A DNA stretch of 64,000 bases, taken from contig JBBSOX010000018.1 of NCBI GenBank assembly GCA_038259325.1, forward strand, positions 5,901-69,900. The letters run 5' to 3'. Of this stretch, positions 38,488 through 48,695 are shown in pieces; the first letter of the stretch is position 1, and each line of letters begins with the position of its first letter. The notes under the pieces are model-generated. The model was not told where the DNA came from and ran no database searches. It worked only from the letters and a program-made list of their open reading frames with translations. The translations under genes and the position numbers were made by a program. Origin of the DNA: Chroococcales cyanobacterium. Lineage in GTDB: Bacteria > Cyanobacteriota > Cyanobacteriia > Cyanobacteriales > Nostocaceae.

Positions 38488-40044
38488 TTATCTTGCTTCT
38501 TCTCCAGGCTCAATGCTCAATGAATACTTCTCTTCGCCAGTGAAAACAGTGAAGCTTTTTTCTGCTGTCAGTTCTGGTTCATCACCTTCATGGTGTTCAG
38601 CAAATGAGCCTTTAGGTTCTTTCAGCAAGAAGGCACAAAGGAAAGTAACAACCAACGCAGTAACACCGAGAGTCTGAAAAAAGATTTGATTACCAATGTC
38701 ACCCGGTGGTAAAAAACTATATAAAGTCAGGTAAGCTACGGCTCCTACGTTGCCGTAAGCACCAACATTGCCCGCAATCTGACCAGTAACTCGCCGCTTT
38801 ACCAAAGGCACGATCGCAAAAGTAGAACCTTCCCCAGCTTGGACAAAAAATGAACAAGCCATAGTCAGCATAATTGCTATAGGCAACCACCAATTACTAC
38901 TGACACCGCTCATCATTAAATAAGCAATACCCATGCCACCAGTCAATATGGTCATTGTCCATTTGCGACTACCGACTGTATCAGATACCCAACCGCCGCC
39001 GGGACGGGCAAATAAGTTCATGAATGCGTAACTAGCAGCAATCATCCCCGCCAACACTTTACTGAGAGTGAAAGTTGATTCAAAAAATGCCGGTAGCATG
39101 GAAACAACTGCTAATTCTGAACCAAAGTTGACGAAGTAAGTTAGTTCCAGTATTGCCACTTGAGAAAATTCATAGCGGTCTTTAGGGGCATACTGTTTTT
39201 TACCGATCATCAAGTCTTGATTTACGTCCCAGCACTTATAGGCTTGGAAGAGGTACAGACCAATTAACAATAGATAGACAATAAATAACTGGGTTGGAGA
39301 GAGTAAACCAATTTGAGAGATGCGCCAAGCTAGCAGGGCTAAGATGCCAACTAAGGGAATATTAGTCAACATCAGCAACCAAAAGCTTTTCTTGCTAGTA
39401 ACTTCGATGCCGCCGTGACGAGAGGGACGCTGATAAACTTTGCCAGAGGGAGTATCTTCAACGTTGAAGAAATAGATAACTCCATAGATAGCGGCTATTA
39501 TCCCAGTTGAAGCGATCGCTAGTCGCCAGTTAAGTTGACCAGCAGCGAAAAAAGCTGTTAACGCCGCTATTGAAGGTAAGGTAAAAGCCGCACCTGCTGA
39601 ACCAAAATTACCCCAGCCACCATAAATCCCCTCTGCGATGCCAATTTCTTTTGGAGGAAACCATTCAGCAACCATCCGAATACCAATTACAAAACCAGCA
39701 CCTACTATACTTAATGCCAAGCGACTGATAATCAATTGGCTGAAGTTCTGGGCGAATGCAAAAGCCAGACAGGGAATGGCAGCATACATCAGCAAGATTG
39801 AGTAAGTAATTCTTGGCCCATATTTGTCTAAAACCATACCGATTATGATGCGGGCTGGCACAGTCAGGGCGACGTTACAAATAGCGATGGTTCTAACTTG
39901 TCCTTCACTTAAGCTAAATGCTTCTTTGATAGCTGTTTGAAACGGGGCAAAGTTAAACCAGACTACAAATGATAGAAAGAAAGCGAACCAAGTCAGATGT
40001 AAGATGCGGTAGCGATCGCTAAATGAAAATAAGTTTTTAAGCAT
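38488..40044 (-). CDS. nrtP: Nitrate/nitrite MFS permease NrtP (NarK family)
   Basis: HLTWFAFFLSF, GIAEGIYGGWGNFG, FGSELAVVSMLP, GNVGAYGNVG; between nirA and narB. Confidence 0.93.
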   Translation of the reverse strand: MLKNLFSFSDRYRILHLTWFAFFLSFVVWFNFAPFQTAIKEAFSLSEGQVRTIAICNVALTVPARIIIGMVLDKYGPRITYSILLMYAAIPCLAFAFAQNFSQLIISRLALSIVGAGFVIGIRMVAEWFPPKEIGIAEGIYGGWGNFGSAGAAFTLPSIAALTAFFAAGQLNWRLAIASTGIIAAIYGVIYFFNVEDTPSGKVYQRPSRHGGIEVTSKKSFWLLMLTNIPLVGILALLAWRISQIGLLSPTQLFIVYLLLIGLYLFQAYKCWDVNQDLMIGKKQYAPKDRYEFSQVAILELTYFVNFGSELAVVSMLPAFFESTFTLSKVLAGMIAASYAFMNLFARPGGGWVSDTVGSRKWTMTILTGGMGIAYLMMSGVSSNWWLPIAIMLTMACSFFVQAGEGSTFAIVPLVKRRVTGQIAGNVGAYGNVGAVAYLTLYSFLPPGDIGNQIFFQTLGVTALVVTFLCAFLLKEPKGSFAEHHEGDEPELTAEKSFTVFTGEEKYSLSIEPGEEAR

Positions 40045-40074
40045 TCTAATCTTTCTAATTGAATAAAACGGACA

Positions 40075-40299
40075 ATTGAGCCTTTTATCTCAGAAGTTGA
40101 GCCTTTTAACTCGGAAGTTGAACCTTTTATCTCGGAAGTTGAACCTTTGAACTCGGAAGTTGAGCCTTTGAACTCGGAAGTTGAGCCTTTGAACTCGAAT
40201 GTTGAGCCTTTTATCTCGAACGTTGAGCCTTTGAACTCGGACGTTGAACCTTTTATCTCGAACGTTGAGTCTTTTATCTCGAACGTTGAGCCTTTAAGG
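40075..40299. repeat. 21-bp minisatellite (consensus GTTGAGCCTTT[TAT/GAA]CTCGGAA), 10 full copies + 1 partial
   Basis: Unit boundaries counted at 40075, 40096, 40117 ... 40285. Confidence 0.95.
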
Positions 40300-40319
40300 T
40301 TGAAGTATGAGTTTTAACC

Positions 40320-40391
40320 AATGCCCAATCCCCAATCCCCAATTCCCAATGCCCAATGCCCAATGCCCAATGCCCAATCCCCAATCCCCAA
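40320..40391. repeat. STRR array (CCCAATG / CCCAATC)n directly after the nirA stop
   Basis: Tandem heptamers visible directly. Confidence 0.9.
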
Positions 40392-42017
40392 TCAGTTACT
40401 AACTACTAGGGCTTCTTGCTTGAATTTTGCCCCAAAGTTTTTGATGAGTAACTCTTGCAATACTGGCTGCAAGTCTTCGCATGGTATGCCTTTGGTAACG
40501 CAAGTTCCTAAATGAGCGTCTTTGCCAACTTTGCCACCCATATATATGTCAACGCCTTCCAAAGTTTTGCCATTTTTGCGAGTTTTAGTTCCCATCAAGC
40601 CGATATCTGCAACTTGGGGTTGTCCGCAAGAGTTGGGGCAACCTGTCCAGTGAATTCGGACTGGATTGGTGAAAGTTAAATCTTCTTCTAAGGCTTTAAT
40701 CATTGCCAGGGCGCGGTTTTTGGTTTCGATGAGGGCAAAGTTGCAAAATTGTGCGCCTGTGCAAGATACTAGCGATCGCGTCAACAAACCTGGATCAATA
40801 GAAAATCTTTCTAGCATAGGCTCTGTTAAAAATGTTGCTAAACGCGAGTCAGGAATGTTGGGGATAACGATGTTTTGCTCAACTGTAAAGCGGATTTCGC
40901 CAGTGCCGTAAACTTCTGCCAGACGCGCAATTTCAAACATATCTTCGGCATACAACCGCCCGACGGGAATGTTCAAACCTGCGTAATTTAATCCTGCCTG
41001 TTTTTGTTTATATACCCCGATGTGGTCGCGTTTTTCCCAGTCGATTTCGTCTTTTGCGGCTGCGGGTAGTAATGATTTACCCAAACGGCTTTCTACTTCT
41101 GCTCGAAACTTTTCTAAACCCCATTCATCAATTAGCCACATCAGGCGGGATTTTTGCCGATTAGCACGCGGGCCATGATCACGAAAGACTTCCAAAACGG
41201 CTCTACATACAGCTACTACATCTTTGGGAAGTACCCAAGCATTCAAAGGAATCGCCGCCTCACAGCGTTTAGCTGAGAAAAAGCCACCCACAAGGATGTT
41301 GAAGCCAAATATTGGGGACTGGGGATTGGGGATTGGGGATTGGGAAGATTTTTCCCCAGTCCCTAGTCCCCAGTCTCCACTTCCTTCTTTAAATGCTGGA
41401 ACAAAAGCTAAATCGTTAATTTCAGCGTGAACTGAATTGTCTCTTCCGCCTGCGATCGCAATATTAAACTTCCGTGGTAAGTTACTAAACTCTGGGTTTC
41501 CTTCTCCTTTGTTGGTGAGCATATCTTGAATTTGCTGTACCAACTCTCGTGTGTCATACAATTCATCTGCATCCAACCCCGCCACAGGATCACCTGTGAT
41601 ATTGCGGACGTTATCCATTCCTGATTGGACGCTGGTTAAACCAACTGCGTGAAATCTATTAAAGATATCTGGTAAATCTTCAATTCTGATCCCCCGTAAT
41701 TGGATATTCTGTCTCGTAGTAATATCAGCGCAGCCATCATCTCCGTAACGCTGCACCACTTGGGCTAAAACACGCATCTGACTGCTGCTGAGAATACCGT
41801 TAGGCATCCGCAACCGCATCATAAACTTACCTGGAGTAACTGGGCGAAAAAACACACCCATCCACTTGAGCCGATGATCGCGATCTGTTTCGTCCATTGC
41901 TTCCCAGCCTAGGGCAGCAAATTTCTCTATCTCATCCCTGATGGCGAGTCCATCTTTTTGCGCCTTAAATTTCTCGAACTTATTGAGGCTGGTAGTGGTA
42001 GTTGCTGTGTCTGTCAT
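40392..42017 (-). CDS. nirA: Ferredoxin-nitrite reductase NirA
   Basis: [32 protein letters not shown], siroheme/4Fe-4S ligands CTGAQFC and WTGCPNSCG. Confidence 0.97.
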   Translation of the reverse strand: MTDTATTTTSLNKFEKFKAQKDGLAIRDEIEKFAALGWEAMDETDRDHRLKWMGVFFRPVTPGKFMMRLRMPNGILSSSQMRVLAQVVQRYGDDGCADITTRQNIQLRGIRIEDLPDIFNRFHAVGLTSVQSGMDNVRNITGDPVAGLDADELYDTRELVQQIQDMLTNKGEGNPEFSNLPRKFNIAIAGGRDNSVHAEINDLAFVPAFKEGSGDWGLGTGEKSSQSPIPNPQSPIFGFNILVGGFFSAKRCEAAIPLNAWVLPKDVVAVCRAVLEVFRDHGPRANRQKSRLMWLIDEWGLEKFRAEVESRLGKSLLPAAAKDEIDWEKRDHIGVYKQKQAGLNYAGLNIPVGRLYAEDMFEIARLAEVYGTGEIRFTVEQNIVIPNIPDSRLATFLTEPMLERFSIDPGLLTRSLVSCTGAQFCNFALIETKNRALAMIKALEEDLTFTNPVRIHWTGCPNSCGQPQVADIGLMGTKTRKNGKTLEGVDIYMGGKVGKDAHLGTCVTKGIPCEDLQPVLQELLIKNFGAKFKQEALVVSN

Positions 42018-42278
42018 GATCTGACTCTCAATGCAAATTACTGAATATGGTGATAATTAGCCAATATCAATCAACCCGTAGCTCCATAAAATGTTGTATC
42101 TACGAGGATTAGGGAATAAAAACTTAATATTTGCTTACGGTTGATTATTTTTACTTAAGAGCATTCCAAAGTTAAACTCCAAATCCGTGATTAGTTAAGG
42201 AAAACTTGTCGCCATTTACATTTTGGAAATTTGTCAAGCAGGTTTAGATAATGTTCATGTAACAATTTCGATACCTAT

Positions 42279-42320
42279 AACTTAAAGGCATATTTCTGTT
42301 AAAATCGTATAAATAGCTAC
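42279..42320 (-). promoter_or_regulatory. NtcA-activated nirA promoter: GTAGCTATTTATAC (42307-42320) and -10 box TAAGTT (42279-42284)
   Basis: GTA-N8-TAC followed by exactly 22 nt and a TAN3T box, the established class II NtcA promoter layout. Confidence 0.88.
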
Positions 42321-42357
42321 GGTTTTTTGGTAAAATTGCTGAAAACGGATAAATAAT

Positions 42358-42372
42358 ATGCATTTATTGCAT
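42358..42372. promoter_or_regulatory. NtcB (LysR) binding site ATGCATTTATTGCAT
   Basis: AT-N11-AT palindrome centred about 92 nt upstream of the predicted nirA start site, matching the known NtcB position. Confidence 0.75.
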
Positions 42373-42515
42373 CAAAGCTAGCCAATGACCCACGTAAACC
42401 CCTTAATGAAGGGTATTTGAAATGATCGAAGGGATTTTAGATTGCCATAAATAAATTCTGAATCCAAAATTGAGTGGCAGATGTTAGCTAAAACTTAGAT
42501 ATTATTTCAGCAGCT

Positions 42516-42929
42516 ATGAAACGTCGTGATTTTATTAATTGGGTAGGTTTGGGTGGGATAGCGAGTTCTCTACCAGTAGCGATCGCAGCTTGTTCTTCTC
42601 AAACAACCCCAGTATCTAGGGATTGGCAAACAGTAGGCACTTCGGCAGAATTAAATAAGACTGGCCAATTGCTGGCGAAAAACTCACCTGCTGGGCCTGT
42701 GTTGGTAGTCGGCACATCTAAAGACGCAAGTCTGACAGCTGTTAACCCTACCTGTCCTCACGCAAATTGCACCGTAGCATGGCAAGCTGAAGCAAAAAAA
42801 TTTGCCTGTCCCTGTCACGGTTCGGAATTTGGCATTGATGGTAAAGTGCAAAAAGGCCCAGCAGCAGAAGCGCTTAAAACTTACGCCGCCAAGATTGAGG
42901 GTAATTCAGTTGTAGTCAAGCCTAGTTAA
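42516..42929 (+). CDS. Tat-exported Rieske 2Fe-2S lipoprotein (PetC-like)
   Basis: KRRDFI Tat motif, lipobox IAAC, CPHANC and CPCHGS ligands. Confidence 0.9.
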   Translation: MKRRDFINWVGLGGIASSLPVAIAACSSQTTPVSRDWQTVGTSAELNKTGQLLAKNSPAGPVLVVGTSKDASLTAVNPTCPHANCTVAWQAEAKKFACPCHGSEFGIDGKVQKGPAAEALKTYAAKIEGNSVVVKPS

Positions 42930-42949
42930 ACAATACAATTCAGGGTATC

Positions 42950-44245
42950 GTGAGTAATATCAACCAGCTTTTAGTGCAAGCCCAGACAGCACATGATACG
43001 GCTGATTGGTCATCACTAATTCAATATTTACAACAATTAATTTTAGGGACAGATTGGGAAAATCCAGAAGTAGTTGAAAATCGAAAATATCTGCTGACAT
43101 TAGCATTTTCAATCTTAGAGATGGGGGATTTTCAACAACGCTGGGAAATCACCAAAGTGTTGACTCACTTAGGGAATATTGCTATCCCACCACTCATTGA
43201 GATATTAGAAGACGAAGACGCAGAGGAAGAATTACGCTGGTATGCAGCACGGACTTTAGGCGAATTTCAGCACCCAGAAGCGATCGCACCCTTAATTGAA
43301 TTGTTGAAAACCGATGAGGATGAAGAACTCAAAGCGATCACAGCTACAGCACTGGGGCAAATGGGTACTGTTGCGATCGCTGCACTCTCTGAACTTTTAT
43401 TAGATGAAGATACACGACTTTTAGCAGTGCGATCGCTTTCCTGTATTCCCCAAACAGAAACCATCACACCGTTGTTGAGTGTAGTGCAAGATTCACAAGC
43501 AACAATCCGCACTGCTGCAATTGAAGCCCTCAGCAGTTTTCATGACGAACGTGTACCACCAGTATTGTTAAACGCTTTGGATGATATCGCTGCTACAGTC
43601 AGGCGTGTAGCAGTCCTTGGTTTAGGTTTTCGCCCCGATTTACGCGAAGCCTTAGATTTGGTGAGGAGACTACAACCCAAGCTTTACGACTTTAATATTG
43701 ATGTTTGTTGTGCAGCCGCAGTTTCCCTTTCCAGAATGGGTAGTGATGATGCTGCAAAACATTTATTTTATCTGCTAATATCACCCCATACACCGCTACC
43801 ACTGCAACTAGAAACCATCCGCGCTTTAGTTTGGGTGGGGACACCATCCAGTTTGGAATATTTGCAAACAGCATTTAATCAAAGCACTTCAGAGACACTT
43901 TGGCAAGAAATTGTTACAGTTCTGGGGCGAGTGCAAAAGCCGCAAACTACACAAGCCGCAGAAATATTATTGCAAATACTGCAATCACAGCATCCAGCCA
44001 CAAAGATTGCTAACGTCAAAAGTGCGATCGCTTTATCTTTAGGGCAGTTAGGCGAAATGCAAGCTATTGAACCATTGATTTCGCTGCTAGCTGATTCTAA
44101 TACATCGGTGAGACTACATGCGATCGCTGCACTGAAAAATCTGGATAGTGAAGCCACATATCAACAATTGCAGCAGTTAGCAAATAACACCGCACTCACA
44201 CCAGATTTGCAACAAGGAATAGCGATCGCTTTAGCCGAGTGGTAA
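42950..44245 (+). CDS. nirB: HEAT-repeat protein NirB (nitrite reductase maturation)
   Basis: Multiple PBS-lyase HEAT repeats; sits between the Rieske gene and ntcB as in the Anabaena nir cluster. Confidence 0.78.
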   Translation: MSNINQLLVQAQTAHDTADWSSLIQYLQQLILGTDWENPEVVENRKYLLTLAFSILEMGDFQQRWEITKVLTHLGNIAIPPLIEILEDEDAEEELRWYAARTLGEFQHPEAIAPLIELLKTDEDEELKAITATALGQMGTVAIAALSELLLDEDTRLLAVRSLSCIPQTETITPLLSVVQDSQATIRTAAIEALSSFHDERVPPVLLNALDDIAATVRRVAVLGLGFRPDLREALDLVRRLQPKLYDFNIDVCCAAAVSLSRMGSDDAAKHLFYLLISPHTPLPLQLETIRALVWVGTPSSLEYLQTAFNQSTSETLWQEIVTVLGRVQKPQTTQAAEILLQILQSQHPATKIANVKSAIALSLGQLGEMQAIEPLISLLADSNTSVRLHAIAALKNLDSEATYQQLQQLANNTALTPDLQQGIAIALAEW

Positions 44246-44246
44246 T

Positions 44247-44310
44247 GAAAAAAAGTACGAATTATCAGCGCTCGAAAAGCCACCCGTCAGGAGAAAAGGT
44301 TTTATGAACA
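44247..44310 (+). pseudogene. C-terminal remnant of a BrnT-like toxin
   Basis: Frame reading VRIISARKATRQEKRFYEQ, preceded by an in-frame TGA at 44246-44248. It overlaps the start of the antitoxin-like gene. Confidence 0.7.
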
Positions 44311-44537
44311 AAGAAATGGAAGACGAATTACGTTCTGAGTATGATTTTGCTCAAATGGAGGGAGGCATCAGAGGCAAGTATATTGAACGGTATCGTCAGG
44401 GAACAAATTTAGTACTTTTAGATCCCGATGTTGCCCAAGCTTTTCCTAATGATAAAACGGTGAATGACGCATTGAGGTTGTTAATTCAGGTTGCCCAACG
44501 CCAGCAGCCTAACACTGTGGTGCAGCAGACAGAATAG
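44304..44537 (+). CDS. BrnA-like antitoxin
   Basis: ELRSEYDF...RGKY...VLLDPDVAQAFP....VNDALRLLI. Confidence 0.7.
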   Translation: MNKEMEDELRSEYDFAQMEGGIRGKYIERYRQGTNLVLLDPDVAQAFPNDKTVNDALRLLIQVAQRQQPNTVVQQTE

Positions 44538-44800
44538 AAATAATGCAAATATGACGCGATCGCAGCCGTATCCGCAAGTTGCACAGAAAAGAAACTTGTG
44601 CAGCAGAAAATAGTCAATTCTTTTTTGGCGATATTTTGCGAAAAAAGCCGTGCAAAACTGGTAATTGACGATTATGGCAGTCAAATCTGTTTTACATAAA
44701 TGTAAATCAGAGAAAAATTACCGTAACAAAGTATACTAAATTGCGGATAATAAACCGTTAACTTAATGGAAGTTATAAATGTAATTCAGGCTACATAAAA

Positions 44801-45748
44801 ATGCGCCTAGAGCAGTTGCAAGCCTTTCTAGCGATCGCCCAAACCGGCAGCTTTCAACAAGCAGCGCGAACATCTGGTGTTACGCAATCGACGATTAGTC
44901 GCCAAATCCAAGCATTGGAAGCAGATTTGGGTATAGAACTGTTTCACAGAACTAATCATGCAAAATTAACGCTGGGAGGTAAATGTTTACTACCCCGTGC
45001 CCGGAAAATTTGCCAAGAATGGCAGACAGCTACAGAAGAATTAACCGATTTAATCGCCGGAAAGCAACCAGAACTTTGCATTGCAGTGATTCACTCTTTA
45101 TGTGGATCTTACTTACCACCAGTGTTGCAAAAATTTTGCCATGATTATCCAGATGTGCAATTGCGGGTGACTTCATTAGGAAGTGATCGCGCCCTCAAAG
45201 TGCTCAAAGATGGATTGGTGGATTTAGCAATTGTAATGAATAATCGCTTCTTAACCACTGGTAGAGAAATGGTGGTAGAAGTACTTTATGATGAACCGAT
45301 AGAAGTTCTAACCGCAGCCAATCATCCCCTAGCCCAATATGAATGCATCCCTTGGTCGGAGCTTATTCGTTATCCTCAAGTGGTTTTTAAAGATGGTTAT
45401 GGGATGCAGCGCTTAATACAAGATAGATTTGAGCGAATGGAAGCTACACTCCAGGCGGCTTTAGAGGTAAATACCCTAGATGCTTTCCGGGGAGTGGTGC
45501 GCCAAGGAGAACTGATAGCTTTGCTACCTCAATCAGCATTATTAGAAGCTCGTCTTGACCCTACCCTAGCGATTCGTTCCTTAGCCAGCAATAATACTAG
45601 TGGTTTAGCAGATGGTTCCAGTTTGACTCGGCGGGTAGTAATGGTAACAACTCAAGATCGATTGCAAATTCCCCCTATCAAGCACTTTTGGCAACTCGTG
45701 CGGGAAAATATCCCATTACAAATTGACCAGCAGCGATCGGCTTCTTAA
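44801..45748 (+). CDS. ntcB: LysR-type nitrate assimilation regulator NtcB
   Basis: MRLEQLQAFLAIAQTGSFQQAA...QSTISRQI HTH; cluster context. Confidence 0.9.
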   Translation: MRLEQLQAFLAIAQTGSFQQAARTSGVTQSTISRQIQALEADLGIELFHRTNHAKLTLGGKCLLPRARKICQEWQTATEELTDLIAGKQPELCIAVIHSLCGSYLPPVLQKFCHDYPDVQLRVTSLGSDRALKVLKDGLVDLAIVMNNRFLTTGREMVVEVLYDEPIEVLTAANHPLAQYECIPWSELIRYPQVVFKDGYGMQRLIQDRFERMEATLQAALEVNTLDAFRGVVRQGELIALLPQSALLEARLDPTLAIRSLASNNTSGLADGSSLTRRVVMVTTQDRLQIPPIKHFWQLVRENIPLQIDQQRSAS

Positions 45749-45833
45749 ACGTCATTAGTTATTAGTCATTCGTCATTAGTCATTTTCAGAAAGGACAATG
45801 GACAAATGATAAAGGACAAAGGACAAAGGACAA

Positions 45834-46907
45834 ATGAGTAATGTATTTAGAGAATTACTACAAAAAGTAGGTAGTGGAAATCATACAGGTGAGAATTTAA
45901 CTCGCGCCGAAGCAGCCACCGCCACTAAAATGATGCTGCTGGGTGAAGCTACACCAGCCCAAATTGGAGCATTTTTGATTGCTCATCGAATCAAACGCCC
46001 TACGGGGGAAGAGTTAGCGGGAATGTTGGATGCCTATGATGAACTGGGGCCAAAACTGCAACCAATCCCTTCTGGGCGACCAGCGATCGCTCTTGGCATT
46101 CCCTATGATGGCAGAACACGTACAGCACCAATTAGCCCGATAACAGCTTTACTACTCGCCGCAGTTGGACAACCAGTGGTAATGCACGGTGGCGATCGCC
46201 TCCCAACTAAGTATGGTTTACCTCTGGTAGATATTTGGCAGGGTTTAGGAGTCGATTGGACTACCCTACCACTAGCAAAAACCCAGCAAGTGTTTGAGCA
46301 AACAGGAATCGGCTTTATTTATCTACCTCAGCATTTTCCCTTAACTACAAGTATTTGGGAGTACCGCGACCAACTTGGTAAACGCCCGCCATTGGCAACA
46401 ATGGAGCTAATTTGGTGTCCTTATGCTGGGGATGCTCACGTAATTGCTGGGTTTGTTCATCCGCCGACAGAAGGGATGTTTAAGATAGCTCTAGGGCTGC
46501 GGGGAGTAACAAAATTTACATTAGTGAAGGGATTGGAAGGTAGTTGTGATTTACCACGCGATCGCACTGCGATTATCAGCTTATCTTCATCCGTAGCATC
46601 CCAAGAAGTAGAACGATTGCACCTCGTACCGCGTGATTACGGCTTTACTACCAAGAACGTACCCCTTGGAACTACTGAAGAACTAGTGGCACAAATGCAA
46701 GAAGTTTTGGCAGGTAAACCAGGCGAACTAATGCAAACAGCCTTGTGGAATGGCGGATTTTACCTATGGCGGAGTGGCATTTGTCCAGATATGCCAGAGG
46801 CTTTAGCTAAGGCAGAAGAATTATTAACCAATGGTGTAGTAGCAGCTAAACTCCAAGAACTCACTCAGTTAGTAAATTCACTGTCAGCAGCATTTGTGTC
46901 AGTGTAA
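45834..46907 (+). CDS. cnaT: CnaT, anthranilate phosphoribosyltransferase-like protein
   Basis: AQIGAFLIAHRIK, PYDGRTRT, VKGLEGS; directly downstream of ntcB. Confidence 0.82.
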   Translation: MSNVFRELLQKVGSGNHTGENLTRAEAATATKMMLLGEATPAQIGAFLIAHRIKRPTGEELAGMLDAYDELGPKLQPIPSGRPAIALGIPYDGRTRTAPISPITALLLAAVGQPVVMHGGDRLPTKYGLPLVDIWQGLGVDWTTLPLAKTQQVFEQTGIGFIYLPQHFPLTTSIWEYRDQLGKRPPLATMELIWCPYAGDAHVIAGFVHPPTEGMFKIALGLRGVTKFTLVKGLEGSCDLPRDRTAIISLSSSVASQEVERLHLVPRDYGFTTKNVPLGTTEELVAQMQEVLAGKPGELMQTALWNGGFYLWRSGICPDMPEALAKAEELLTNGVVAAKLQELTQLVNSLSAAFVSV

Positions 46908-46985
46908 ATAGTTCAGTTAGAAATATCGATTTCATTACTTACTTGAGAGTGTCAAAATAATTCGTAATTAATTACGAATTACGAA

Positions 46986-48422
46986 TTATTTGGTCAACAA
47001 CTCCTCCAAAATAGATTTTTGTTGCAACCAATCCTGGCCCACTTGGATACTGATATCTGAGCCAAGGTTGCCAGTACTTTCCACACGCACTTCGCCAAAT
47101 CCCAAAGTGTTGCGAATTGATTCGGCACTGTCACCATCTCCTTGTTGGGCGACAATGTGAGTTACTTCTAGAGGTTCACCCCATGCCTTAGCCACATATA
47201 CATTGCGATATCCAGATTTTTCTAAGGCTCTAATCAATGGACGCAAGTTAGAGCGATCGCCACCTGTACTATCTTGAATTGCTACACGCAAAGAGCGTGG
47301 GTCAGCCATCTGCTGTTCCTGGTCTGATTCCAAACCAAAGTGTTGAGCCATCAATTTAGCAATACCATTTTTGCTTGGCAACCAATAGCTAGCATCATAC
47401 TCACTCTTCTCGCTAAAGCGACCTGGCAGCATTAACATTTGCATATTAGAGCGATTTGTCCGCACCCCAAAACCCATTAGCGCTACTAACTCTTCAACCG
47501 TTAAATTGGTATCGATGTGGTCTTTAACTACATCAAGAACTTTAGGTAATTGAGCAACAGTAGCTGGGTTGAGTGTTTGATCCATCAAGGCACGCATGAC
47601 CATTTGCTGGCGCTGAATCCGACCAATATCACCGAGTTCGTCATGGCGAAACCGCAGCAATTGCAGAGTTTGATCGCCGTTGAGATGCTGCTTACCCGCC
47701 TTCAAATTGATGTACAAATGCTGAGAATCATCTTGATACTTCATATCTTTGGGGACGTAAACTGTTACGCCCCCTAAAGCATCGATCAGCTTGCCAACTC
47801 CCAAAACGTTAATTCGGACATAGCGATCAATTCCCGCTCCACCTAAGAGATTACTGACGGTTCTGGCAGTTAAACCTGGCCCACCTTCAACATTGGCGGC
47901 ATTAATTTTTCTCACCCCATACCCCTCTATTTCTGTGCGGGTATCTCTGGGAACGGAGAGCATAACTATTTTTTTCGTCTCTGGATCAAATTTGACCAAG
48001 AGCATCACATCGGCAAGACCATCAAAGGAGTTTACTTGGGGCAGGTACTTAAGGTCTTTGGTTTCTTCAGGAGGGTTTTGGACATCTGGCGGGAGTACAC
48101 TCATCCCCATAACTAAAAGATTTACCGGGCGAGTTAATTCTGAAAAACGCAGCACACCTCCAGAAATGCGATCGCCATCAAAGACCGCCTCATCCTGTGG
48201 ACTTAGCTGGGCTTGTTGTAAAGGCGTGCTAGTTAAAGACACCGCCAAAAGCGCCCCTGCTGTCGCTGACACCATTGCAATCCCACTCATACCTACCCAA
48301 AACCACAGCCAACGTCCGGATTTCGAGTTATGGGGAAGGGAAATTTTTTTCTTGGACTTTGAGAATTTTCCCGACTGGTTTTCTTCCGCCGAACTTCTTT
48401 GAATGGTCACAGACTTCCTCAC
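46986..48422 (-). CDS. LCP (LytR-CpsA-Psr) family protein with LytR_C domain
   Basis: TM anchor, DVMLL, LSVPRDTR, KINAA, LRFRHDELGDIGRIQRQQ, SDISIQVGQDW. Confidence 0.9.
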   Translation of the reverse strand: MRKSVTIQRSSAEENQSGKFSKSKKKISLPHNSKSGRWLWFWVGMSGIAMVSATAGALLAVSLTSTPLQQAQLSPQDEAVFDGDRISGGVLRFSELTRPVNLLVMGMSVLPPDVQNPPEETKDLKYLPQVNSFDGLADVMLLVKFDPETKKIVMLSVPRDTRTEIEGYGVRKINAANVEGGPGLTARTVSNLLGGAGIDRYVRINVLGVGKLIDALGGVTVYVPKDMKYQDDSQHLYINLKAGKQHLNGDQTLQLLRFRHDELGDIGRIQRQQMVMRALMDQTLNPATVAQLPKVLDVVKDHIDTNLTVEELVALMGFGVRTNRSNMQMLMLPGRFSEKSEYDASYWLPSKNGIAKLMAQHFGLESDQEQQMADPRSLRVAIQDSTGGDRSNLRPLIRALEKSGYRNVYVAKAWGEPLEVTHIVAQQGDGDSAESIRNTLGFGEVRVESTGNLGSDISIQVGQDWLQQKSILEELLTK

Positions 48423-48695
48423 ACTTACTCACTAATCAAATTCGTTAAATTGCAGACTAAAAACATGCAAATAAATCAACCCATAATAACTAACTCTTAA
48501 TTATCAGTGCTAATTTTTTTAAGGTAGTGTCAACCACAACACTTATAGCAACATTTTTCCTTCTTTTGGGTCAACCTGGATATGTTTTACTGAAGTATGG
48601 CAATAATAAACTGGATTTGACTAGATATATAGATGAATCAACCGTAATTTTTTAGAAAATAGGTAAAAGTACTGAAAAATTCTCACCCTAAAAAA

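Noticed and set aside
40075-40299. CRISPR array or heptapeptide-repeat gene
   Set aside because: Units are contiguous with no unique spacers, no cas genes are present, and the open frame has no start codon.
42250-42275. Second NtcA site GTAACAATTTCGATAC
   Set aside because: Spacing is N10, not N8.
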